Shown: piece after piece, positions 27,001-39,100 of the stretch
Numbering within the stretch: position 1 is the first letter of the stretch
How the letters are laid out: each line of letters starts with the position of its first letter
Assembly: GCF_001194135.2 (NCBI RefSeq)
Contig: NC_069004.1
Span: forward strand, 10,318,109-10,382,108
Direction: 5' to 3'
DNA from: Octopus bimaculoides
Taxonomy: Eukaryota
Length of the DNA: 64,000 nt
Program-made: the position numbers and the translations under genes
The notes under the pieces: model-generated
Told to the model about the DNA's origin: nothing
The model's input: only the letters and a program-made list of their open reading frames with translations
Databases searched by the model: none

Positions 27001-28218
27001 AAGTACCAGTTACGCACTGGGGTCGATGTAATCGACTTAGTCCCTTTGTCTGTCCTTGTTTGTTCCCTCTATGTTTAGCCCCTTGTGGGCAATAAAAAAA
27101 TAAGAATATGTTACTGTAATAAAAGAATGTTTTGTCTAAAGTTTAACACGTTAGTAATTATAACACACATAGTGTTTAGATATATATTGATGTGTCCCAA
27201 TTGAGAAGAAGTGAGCTGAGCCAACAACAATCATGTTATTATATGTAACAAGATATTATATGTAACAAGAAATTAACAAGATATGAACCAGTGACTTTCT
27301 TCTTAATAAGGTTACTCTACCAGCTGAGCCACTTGAAATTTCTGTTGTCACATGACGAACCAAACCCTAACCCCAACCCATCTATCTCTTTCAGAAGGAT
27401 CCACCTTCTACCAAGAGAACATGCATTGCCAAATTCTTTGAAACCACATGTTACCATGTTAAAAAGGAAGGACACATTGGATAATGTAGTGCTTGGAATA
27501 TGTACAAAAATAAGATGGGATGGTTATGGTTGGAATGTCTTTGATCAGGGTACTATGGCTTTGGTTTTTTATTCCATACTTCTACAGATTGTAGAGAAAT
27601 ATTCAACACTCTCAGACCAACAGCATCACCCCACCATGCCCCATGGTCTTAGGTTCCTCCAGGAATTTTCCTTTCTGCTTCCTGTAGAATGGTCAACATT
27701 CAACACCAACTCATGACCAACAATAACCTTAATCCACCTGGTCAACCACAGCTGACATGGTCACCCATCACCACACACAAATTAACATAATTATCTCACC
27801 TGTAATACCCTATACTACCCAGTCACTCAATTCACAGATAACCAGTCATGCTACAGGATTGCATGACCAGCTAGAAATAGCTGCCAAATCTAAATCCATC
27901 ATTTGAAATGGAAGGACATATTACACACAATATGTACCTAGATACTTCTAGAATTTGGGAATAGTCAAACCTGGAATGTCTCTGATCATAATTCTGCTCC
28001 ATCGGAGCTTCCCAAAACAACACCAGTAACCTCTTAAATTTAAAAAATAAACATAGGCGCAGGAGTGGCTGTGTGGTAAGTAGCTTGCTTACCAACCACA
28101 TGGTTCCAGGTTCAGTCCCACTGCGTGGCACCTTGGGCAAGTGTCTACTACTATAGCCTCGGGCCGACCAAAGCCTTGTGAGTGGATTTGGTAGACGGAA
28201 ACTGAAAGAAGCCCGTCG

Positions 28219-28262
<44 letters not shown>

Positions 28263-29167
28263 CCTGTGTTTGCCTCCTCCCCCCACCAACGCTTGACAAC
28301 CAATGGTGGTGTGTTTACGTCCCCGTAACTTAGCGGTTCGGCAAAAGAGACCGATAGAATAAGTACTAGGCTTACAAAGAATAAGTCCTGGGGTCGATTT
28401 GCTCGACTAAAGGCAGTGCTCCAGCATGGCCGCAGTCAAATGACTGAAACAAATAAAAGAATAAAAGAATAAAAGAATATATAAATTGCTCAGTTCTTGG
28501 CAAGATACCAACCGATATCTGGCTGATGAATCATGTCCAATTCTTCCTCGATGTCATCGTCTTTTAAACGCTCCTTATTGTCATCTTTGTCCTTCACGAG
28601 CGTCTCTACAGGGAGTTCCTTCTGTTCAAATTCGATTTCCGGGTCAATGTCTTCAATTTTCAGAGTTTCAATATCTGGTGAAGTCAAAGACAAAAAGACA
28701 ATAAACTAGAAATCACCATCACCCCTGACTATCATTTATCAAAACTACATCAGTAAATCTGAACACACCACACATCCATCTCTACTTTGTTATAGTACAC
28801 AGTAACATTATCATCGACATCATTGTCAGCTTGTGCCAACTAAAACCTCAATGTGTTTGTTCAAACTACTAGAAATAACAGCCAAGTTCCCTCAAATCGC
28901 ATCCACACCTAACAATCATTGGACAATTTAGTCCTGAAACCAGAACACCTTTAGAACTGACAAGTAGCTCATCAACAACCTCGCAACCATCTCACATATA
29001 CATACATACATACGAAGAAAATGTTCTCTATGTGGCCTGTGTGTTTTCTGTACTCTGTTTATCATTTTGTCTACGTTTTGTTTGCAATGTCCTGTACCCA
29101 GATATGCATCTATATATACAGGTAGATGTAGGTATGTACATACATGTACGTATATATGCATATACTC

Positions 29168-29208
<41 letters not shown>

Positions 29209-31879
29209 TAGCAGCTAAGCCCGGTTTCACCCGGTCAGTTTGGATGATGTGGCTGTAAAAACTGCTCTGTGTAAGCATTCGACTTGTTTGGGCACACTTA
29301 CGTTAAAAAACAATTTTAGAATGACTTTTTTCTGTCAAAACGCTAAAAATAACTGACCAACAAAAAAAAAAACAACCAAGATTCAACCAAATCAAAAAAT
29401 AAACTCAAATACTAAGCGAACAAAGATGAACCACCCCACTTCCATTGCGCGTGCACACAAACACACCCACTCACATTTACATATCCCCCCCCTTTTACAT
29501 ACACACATATATTCACACACAGTTGAAACGCTGTTTGATTTATTTTTTCAGCGTACAATTTTCATCATCCCACTACCAAGTATGACATCACCCCTTCTTT
29601 TCTCAATCATAAACACAAGAGTATTATTATAGTAGATTATCTCGGTAACCATGGGAGCTATGAAAAAAAATACAAAGCTCAGCATCACCACTGGATCATT
29701 CTACACTTCTGTGTAATTTTTTACACAATTCCACCCAGCCATTTGACCGTGAATCCCAAGACAAGAAAGAATCGCCCATTTCAAATTTATATATATATAT
29801 ATATATACACACACTCACACACACACAATAGGCATCTTTCAGTTTCCATCTACCAAATCCACTCACAAGGCATTGGTTGACCTGTGACTATAGTTGAAGA
29901 CACTTGCCCAAGGTGCCACATAGTGGGACTGAACCCAGAACCATGTGGTTGAGAAGCAAACGTCTTGGCACGCAGCTACACTTGTGTCTAATATGTTAAT
30001 ATTTCCCATCTATTTACCACTTACATGAAACAACAACAACAATATCAATAACGAAAAGTGTACCTTCTTCCAAGGCGGTAACATCTTCTTTGGTCTCATC
30101 TTTAGATGACGCATGTTCACTTTCTTTGTATAGGATCTATGGGGAATAAAATATATATATATCTAATCAATGCTTAATTATTGCTTAATTAATAATGCTT
30201 AATTATTTGGAGAATAATGAAGACAGAGAATTGAAATATTGATATTTATGTATCATAAATTAATTCAGAAGCTCAATGGCAGGGCAACAGTGTAAGAATG
30301 GTTAATCAATATTAGGAAGAATTCTGCTGCCATGTCAGTAAAACAAGAAGGAAGCTGCAAAGAAACTGAACCAGTAACAGGTTGGATTCCTTGTTAGAGC
30401 TGTAGCAATCCCCTTTTCATAGAAATTACCTTTGCATCAGCAAGAAGGCCATATATTGTTATACCTTAACTCTTCTATAAATATGAATGGAGAGTAAGCC
30501 TCTATGCAGATACTCAAGTTGCTAGAAATAATAGCCAAATCATCAGCTATATTCCTGGTATCAATTTTTTTAGTCAGTCCTTATGACACAAAGGGATATG
30601 GTGTATCTGTTCTAAAACCAGAACACACATGGAATATATTATGATGATAACATTCCAATGGAGCAGTGTTTCCAACATGGACACAATACACCAAACAGAA
30701 ATGCCAATTACTGGACCAAATTTGCCCGAGGCACAATTCCTTAGGGTCAAGTTATCTCCAGAAGCTTCAAATCTCAAGTCATTTTGGAGTTGTAGCTATT
30801 CTTATTTCTTTATTGCCCACAATGGGCTAAACATAGAGGGGACAAACAAGGACAGACAAAGGGATTAAGTCGATTACATTGACCCCAGTGCGTAACTGGT
30901 ACTTAATTTATCGACCGCGAAAGGATGAAAGGCAAAGTCGACCTTGGCAGATTTGAACTCAGAACGCAATGGCAGACGAAATAGTGCTAAGCATTTCGCC
31001 CGGCATGCTAATGTTTCTGCCAGCTCGCCATTATAGCTATTCTGCTACTTCCAACATTGATCAACAAATTATAACGACGACGACAACAACAACAATAAAG
31101 ATACTTACCCCTGGAATAAGAGATCTGAGATCAGGTAAGGATTCGTAGAAAGTTCTAGTGTCTTCATCCTCAAACAGGCTTGTATCTCCTTCATAATGGA
31201 ACTAAGCAATAAAGGCAATCATTAATAAAATTAATTAGGTTTCTAAAACAGAAAAATTTATAATGAATTCACAAAAACTAAAACAAAGAAGTGAAACGGT
31301 AACATTACTAACGAAATGTTTTAGTTTTAACAAATTTGACAAGTATTTCATTAACTTCAAACCAACTTCTATCTAACTTAAAGGAGTAGGCCATCATCAT
31401 ATGTATCTTGTAACAAATGTCACACTGTGTCTTCACCAATACATTTCTCTCTCTCAACAGCCAATAGCACCTGGTTATAAGCAGATATGATGGTGGTTTG
31501 CAGGTGTAAACATGGGTAGGACTGTTAACATATTGTTTGTTAAACTGATATCACATCATCCTGTCGGATAGGGCTAAGGGAGTCAACAAAGAACATGGCC
31601 AGACTTCCAGTTTAACTAACATGGAATGAATAAATTACTTTGTGGGAAGCATTTAAGTAATTAATTCTATAAACACCTCTTCAAACATTGATCTGGCACC
31701 TAATCTAATTAAACATCAATATAATGACAGTATAGGTGTCGCTATGTAGTTAAGAAGCTTGCTTCCTAACCACATGGTCTCAAGTTCAATCTGATTATAT
31801 ATCATCGTGGCCAAGTGTTTTCTACTATTGGCTGATCAAAGCCTTGAGAGTGGATTTAGTAGATGGAAACTGAAAGCCT

Positions 31880-31913
<34 letters not shown>

Positions 31914-33135
31914 TATACTAGGTTTGATATCACATGATCATCACTGTTAAATATGTAAATTTGTTCATTTCCAATCTTCCATGAAAAACCTATCTGAAAA
32001 TGGGGAAATAGCTTTCCTGGGAACAGGTGAGAGTTGCTGGCAAGAAAGGCATCCAACTACAGAAAATCTACCGCAGCAAATTCCGTCTGACTCTTGGAGA
32101 AGGGGGAGGAGGAGGAGGAAAAAAAGAAAGAAAAGAGAAAAAGGAGGAGAGGAGGTTGTATTTTTAAATTACTTACTTCAGCATTTTTAATGGGGTTGAA
32201 GATGTCAAACATAGCGCCTTCTGAATCTTGTTTAAGCTCTGAAAAGAAATTAATTATTAACACTTCATTGAGACTATTATCAACACTAATTATTTCAATT
32301 CAGAATCAATTATTGACATCTAAAATACAATGACAGGCAAGGATGGACACCATATTGTCATTTTATGGACACCATACAGTCATTTTATGGACACCATACA
32401 GTCATTTAAATTTTAGAATCAACCATAGAATCTAACCTCAATTCTATTCTGTTGCACTACATAAAATCAATACATGTAAAAGCCTATCAATCAATTATCA
32501 ATCAAACTTATCAATAACAAACCCCTATTACTAAAACTACCACAACATTAAAACTACTACTACTACTAAAACAACAGAAGTGAGCAAATACAAAAAAACC
32601 ATCTACACTTACCTTCTTCAGGCAGGTCAGGGATTTCTTCATCAAGAAGATCCTGAATAGAAATATATAATTTATCATGGAGGGCACTCTAATTCATTAC
32701 ACCACAAAATACTGTGTTCTTGTAGTCACTATCTAGAGGTGAGTCACCTTACTGGAGCTTCATCTGTCTATGGTCTAACCACAGGACTGCCAGATAACAA
32801 AACACTTGTCAATTTTATGTGCAGTGGCAAGTGAGTTGACAGAATTGTCAGCATGCCAAACAAGATGCTTAATGGCATTTCATCCGTCACTATGTTCAGA
32901 GTTCAAATTCAACTAAGATTGGCTTTGCCTTTCGTACTTTCAGAGTCAATAACATAAGAAATAGTTGAGCACTGGAGTCAATTTAATCAACTTGACCCCT
33001 CCCTCCAAACTGCTGGCCTTGTGCCAAAATTTGAAACCAATTTTATATGTAGTGACCCTATGCCAACTGAGGAGACTGTAAGCAAGCACTCAACATGGAA
33101 GAAATCCATGTTGTTGCTATTGTAGCTAAGAATAG

Positions 33136-33177
<42 letters not shown>

Positions 33178-36100
33178 TATATATATATATATACATACAC
33201 ACATATGTATATATACATACACAACAAGCTTTTTCATTTTCAGTCAACCAAATCCACCTACAAGGCTTTAGTATAGTCGACTTGGATCTATAGCAGAAGT
33301 CACTTGCCCAAAGTACCACATAGTGGGACTGAACACTAACCCACATAACTGGGAGGCAAGCTTTTTAACCACACAGCCACACTTGCACCAAATAATGTAC
33401 TGACACCAATGTTCACTTTGTATGGCTGGAATAGTGTTGGCTTCCACCACCACAATCTACAAGAGCTCTAAAAGTAAAAGCTCACAAATGTAAATGAAGG
33501 ACAAAACATATCAACGTACTGCGAGTGTGTATGTGTTCTGTTGTAATTTTTGGTAATTTACTATAGCTGTTTCATAATTTTCTTTCCTCTCGTTGCTCAG
33601 TTCCCCTTTCGTCTGAAAGTAAATGAAGAAATATTCCAATCAAAACATATTTTACATGCCATGTGATTTAGATATACTAAGAATATATCTTGACAGCATT
33701 TTGGTGTTGCTCACCCTGTATTCAGTACAAAAACAAAAGTTTAAAAAAAACTGAAATCTTTGCTCTAGGTTGCATAGCATTGGTGGTTTGAGAGTCTGTA
33801 GGAATACTGAAAAAATAAGACAGAACTCATCATGGAAGGAAAATGTTCTGTTATATGGCCATTTCCATAACTGAAAGAGTACCATTTAATGGCTATTATA
33901 TCTGACCACTATGCAGATTCTGCTGTACAGTGAAGTGATCCAGCCTCTGATATCAGCAACTTTGAGAATAGCCATCATGCAAACCCTAAGCCTGCACCAT
34001 ACTTAGGCCTGGCTGATGAATCAGCACCCAAAATAATGCAAAAAAAGAAAAAAAAGACATGAACTGGAATAGCAGACAATTAACCTCTTTCTTTCTAGTA
34101 TGCACCATTTCCCAGGTTGATACTTCCAGGACCAACCTCAGAGATGTCTGTTTGGAAATATTCCCTTATAGTGACATTCCTGTGCCCTTTGTCAATCTTT
34201 TTCCTCACACACACTTTCAATATCCTCCTACTAAGTCATGATGGTATCATCGAGCTTGGAACCAGAGCACTTATTTACAATCCACTAAAGCAAGCCAGAG
34301 ACTATCTTAGTTATTTACACACAAAGCGAAATCGTCATGGCATCTGTGCCCAGTATCGCCTTCCTGGTACTTGTGCCGGATGACATGTGTAAAGACATCG
34401 AGCGAGATCGTTGCTAGTGCCACCGAACTGGCTCCTGTGCAGGTGGCACATAAAATATACCATTTTGAGGGTGGCCGTTGACAGTACCGCCTGACTGGCT
34501 TTCGTGCCGGTGGCACATAAAATCACCCACTACACTCTCGGAGTGGTTGGCGTTAGGAAGGGCATCCAGCTGTAGAAACTCTGCCAAATCATATTGGAGC
34601 CTGCTGGTGTAGCCATCTGGTTTCACCAGTCCTCAGTCGAATCGTCCAACCCATGCTAGCATGGAAAGCGGATGTTAAACGATGATGATGATGATGATAG
34701 CTGAAGAAATAATACAAACTATCAACCCTTCAGTTATGGTGTCCATTACCCGAATAACTGACAGCCAACTGAAGATTAGCCCCAAATGGTTACAGAGGAA
34801 GAAAAATAAAATTAAAAAAAAAGATTGCAGTCAACTTACCTGGAGTATTTTTCGATTCTGTTGCTCAATAGTTTTGAGATCTTTGTGTAATTTTTTCAAA
34901 TGTTTACATAAAGTGGCATAATATTCTTTCAGCAAATTCCTGCATGCTTTTTGTCGCTCTGGTGGCAGCATCTGTCAATGGAAAGAATTACATAAACAAC
35001 AATGAAACCTTAATAGAGCACAAGTGTGGCTCTATAGTTAAGAAGCTTGCTTCCCAATTATGTGGCCTCAAGTTCAGTCCCAATGTGATGCACCTTGGAC
35101 AAATGCTTCCTACTATAGCTCTGGGCCAATCAAAGCCTTGTGAGTGGATTGGGTAGATCGAAACTCAAAGTCCATCATGTGTGTGTGTGTGTGTGTGTAC
35201 TTTTATTCTGTATTCTTTTACATGTTCCAGTCATTGGACTTCAGCCATTCTGGAGCAGTCAAAGAATTCGATCCCAGGACTTCTTTGTAAACCTAGTACT
35301 TATTCTATTGGTCTCTTTTGCCAAACTGCTAAGTTACAGGGACATACACACACCACCATCGATTGTCAAGCAATGGTGAGGGCACAAACACAAAGAGACA
35401 CACACACAAATAAATATGTGTGTGTGTATGGATATATATANNNNNNNNNNNNNNNNCTAATTTAGAGACGAACCACCACTCTACAACTCAGAACCCCTCC
35501 AAATCCATGCTGTGAGGCATATACCATCTTAATATATCTAAGATTTTAATCTAAAAATTTAAATTAAATAATATATTACATAAATAAATCATATAAGCAA
35601 TGCCGTTTCCGGCCCTCCATGGGAAAAGACTTCTGGCAATGGACAAATATTACCTTGTCTAGATACAGGGGAGGGTTAGTGGCAGGAAATCTGCCTCAAC
35701 AAATTTTGTCTGACCCATGCACACACAGAAAAGTGAACATGAAATGGTGATAAAACTTGTAGCAGAACTTAAAGAAAAAAAAATAGTGCTACTATTTCAG
35801 ACTACTTATTCCCAAAGAATAGCTGGGCTGGTAAGAAACAATAATTCCCACAGTTCACTTGGCTATGACTAGCTTGTTACATAATTGTTCCATCAAATAC
35901 CATCCAGTGCATGAACATTTTTTAAAAAATAGCAGAACCGGACAAACTCTCAGCAATAAACAAACTATATAAGGGACATTTGTTAACTTACATTGCTTCT
36001 TTCAATTTCCAAATTGTGTTTCTCAGCTAAAATTCTGCAAGAAGAAGAGACATAAGTTACAACAATTAAACACACTAAGAAAATAAAACTTAATTTTAAA

Positions 36101-39100
36101 TAAGTACAGGAATAATATCAAGGTGTATTCTTTTTAACGATTCACCGTAACTAAAATTACTCGATATGAGAAAATAATCATACCAGCTAAACCTTTAGCA
36201 TTTAATCAAGCCATATCCAGCCTAAATATTCTACCTGTTTAATGTTTAAACTGACCCAATCCAACCTCTTACACCTACCTTACAATGTCATTCTAAAAAT
36301 TAAAGAAACACATCAAAATCAAAATCTTGAAGTTACAAGATAATGCATGATTAATTCAAAACAATGTGAATAAATAAGAATTGCATTTATTTGGATACTT
36401 AAAGGGTTAAACCCCTTCATCATCATCATCCTCATCATTTAACATCCGCTTTCCATGCTAGCATGGGTTGGACGATTTGACCGAGGGCTGGCAAGCCAGA
36501 AGGCTGCACCAGGCTCCAATCTGATCTGGCAGAGTTTCTACAGCTGGATGCCCTTCCTAACGCCAACCACTCCGAGAGTGTAGTGGGTGTTTTTACATGC
36601 CATCGGCACGAGGGCCAGTCACACGGTACTGGCAACGGCCACGCTCAAAAAGGTGTTTTTTACGTGCCACCTGCACGGGAGCCAGTCCAGCGGCACTGGC
36701 AACGACCAGGTACTGGCAATTAAAACGTATGTGTAAGTTGATGTGTGTCTTGTACTTAATCAAAATACAGTAATCTTCATGGATGTATAATATGGTGAAT
36801 ATGACGACATGGCATTATTGCAAGTCATCTGGAAGGAAATAGGGAGGACCAACACTGAACCCTAAATGGAACAAGCCTCTTCACTCACTCCTCTATCATG
36901 TCTCCCAAAGTTTATCTAATAAAAACATAATTACCTTCAAGGAATCTCAAGGATGTTCTAAACAGCTGATTGGAGAAAACAAAAAAATTTTAAAAAAAGG
37001 AACATATACATACCTGTATTTCCTGGGTACAATTCCAACGTAATCATCTCCACAGTGTTTACAAAAACTGGATATGATGGAGAGATTGTTGTGTTCCTCT
37101 TTATCACTGTTCACTAAGATGGAAAGCTGGTTGGCCAACACATGGAGACCTTCTTTTTCGGAAAACAAACCGACAGACACAAGTTCAGCAAAGAACCTCA
37201 AATCTACTCTGTATTTACTTAAGTTTGCAATCTGTAGCAGAAGAAACAAAACGAGAAAGAATTACCAACAGAATTGAAAAATCAAACCCTAAGACATGAA
37301 AAATTAACAGTCAGAAATAAGCAAGAAACCAAGTATTTTTGAAATTGTTGTTGACAGGCGCAGGAGTGGCTGTGTAGTAAGTAGCTTGCTTACCAACCAC
37401 ATGGGTCCGGGTTCAGTTCTGTAGCTTAACGCTTTAACATTTAAACCAACTATATCTGGACCGAATATTCTATCTGTTCTAAGTTCAAACCAGCCATATC
37501 TTGCCTCTCGTATCTACCTTATGATGTCACTCTAAAAGTAAATAATCACATCCTTCTAAATCTTAAAGCCACAAGATAATGCATGTTTAATTCAAATCAA
37601 TGTGAATAAATAAGCATTATATTTGACGGTATTTTGAAATGCTGAGGGGTTAAACAGCATCTGAGAGAGAAATCTTCCCTGGATAGCAGACACTGGTGTA
37701 TTACAAATGGGTTTTCTTTCAAGAGGAGAAATTACTTCAGAACTGCAAAACAACGAAATATACTCACCCAAAATCCAGAGACTTACAGTAAAGAATTATA
37801 GCACGTATAATATTTGTTTAGAGTGTGGTGGACTTGGCCAATGAAACTAAACATTTTAAACATGGATACACTGTAGTGTCAGTGACAGTATGAAACATGA
37901 AGAATTGTCTGCTATTGCTACTGCTGCTACTGCTACTGCTAGAATATCAACTTGGCCATTTTAAGACCTTAAATAAAAGACAAGAGTCACAAAGTTTACA
38001 TAAAGACAAAAGCAATGAATTGATAAACTGTCTCTCGTACCCTTTCCTCTTTCTTACAAAGGAGATATTTCTGCCAGTTTTCCATTAAACAGGAAGAAAA
38101 ATCAGCATAGCGCTGGTGAAGGAGACTGCAAATAAGGACGGCACAGTTGATATCTGACATCTTCAGTTTGGCTTCAGTAAGTGCTGCAGCCTAAAACAAA
38201 AAAAAAATACATAAAAAAAATAAAGGATTATAAAATAAATAACAACAAAGTTATGTTCGTTATTCACTCCGCAACAATACTTTATACAAGGGGAAGAAAT
38301 TAATTATTTTAATCAAAAAGTTAATGACTACAAAACTAAATATTTTACTAACATGGTTGTTTTATAATGTTACTATGAAGTACAGATTATTGTAACTTCC
38401 TATATTCCCCATAGTCTATATTTTACATTATAGTTTCCATATAAGTTGCAGGCACTAATAATAACTTATAGTTACCAATAGCTACTAGAGCTATCATTAC
38501 TATTATAACAAAACATAATTATTAACCACAAAGAGAAACTAGTATAACTATCTGGTCTAACTATTATAACTACAAATAGTAACTATTATAATTATCTATG
38601 TTATTAAGTGGAGGCACATGGCCAAGTGGTTAGAGCAGTGGTGAAGGGATTGTGGGTTCGAATGTCAGACCGAGTGATTGTGTTTACGAGCAAAACACCT
38701 AAGCTCCACCATAAGGTAATGGCGAACTTCTGCTGACTCTTTCCTTCTGCATCTAGCAGCTCACCTGCGATGGACTGGCATCCCATCCAGGTGGAGAACC
38801 TATACACCATTGAAACCAGAAAACTGGCCCTTATGAGCCAGCCATGCCGCTCAAGAAGGAACAAACAATAACATGCTATTATAACCAACAACTACTAAAA
38901 TCACCACAGACTGACAAAGCCAAGAATTTGCAACCAAATCTCATGTTAGAAAAGATGGGATGGTCATAGCTGGAATGCCTGTAAAACAATACAGGTTTGT
39001 CACATGGATACAGTTTTTCTACACATGGATAGTTTTTCTACATGTGTAAACAGGCCACATCACATCTGTTGGCTGCCAAACTAGATGTCACAGAACTTTT

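Noticed and set aside
27361-27380. AACCCTAACCCCAACCC telomere-like stretch
   Set aside because: Only one perfect unit; too short for an interstitial telomere call.
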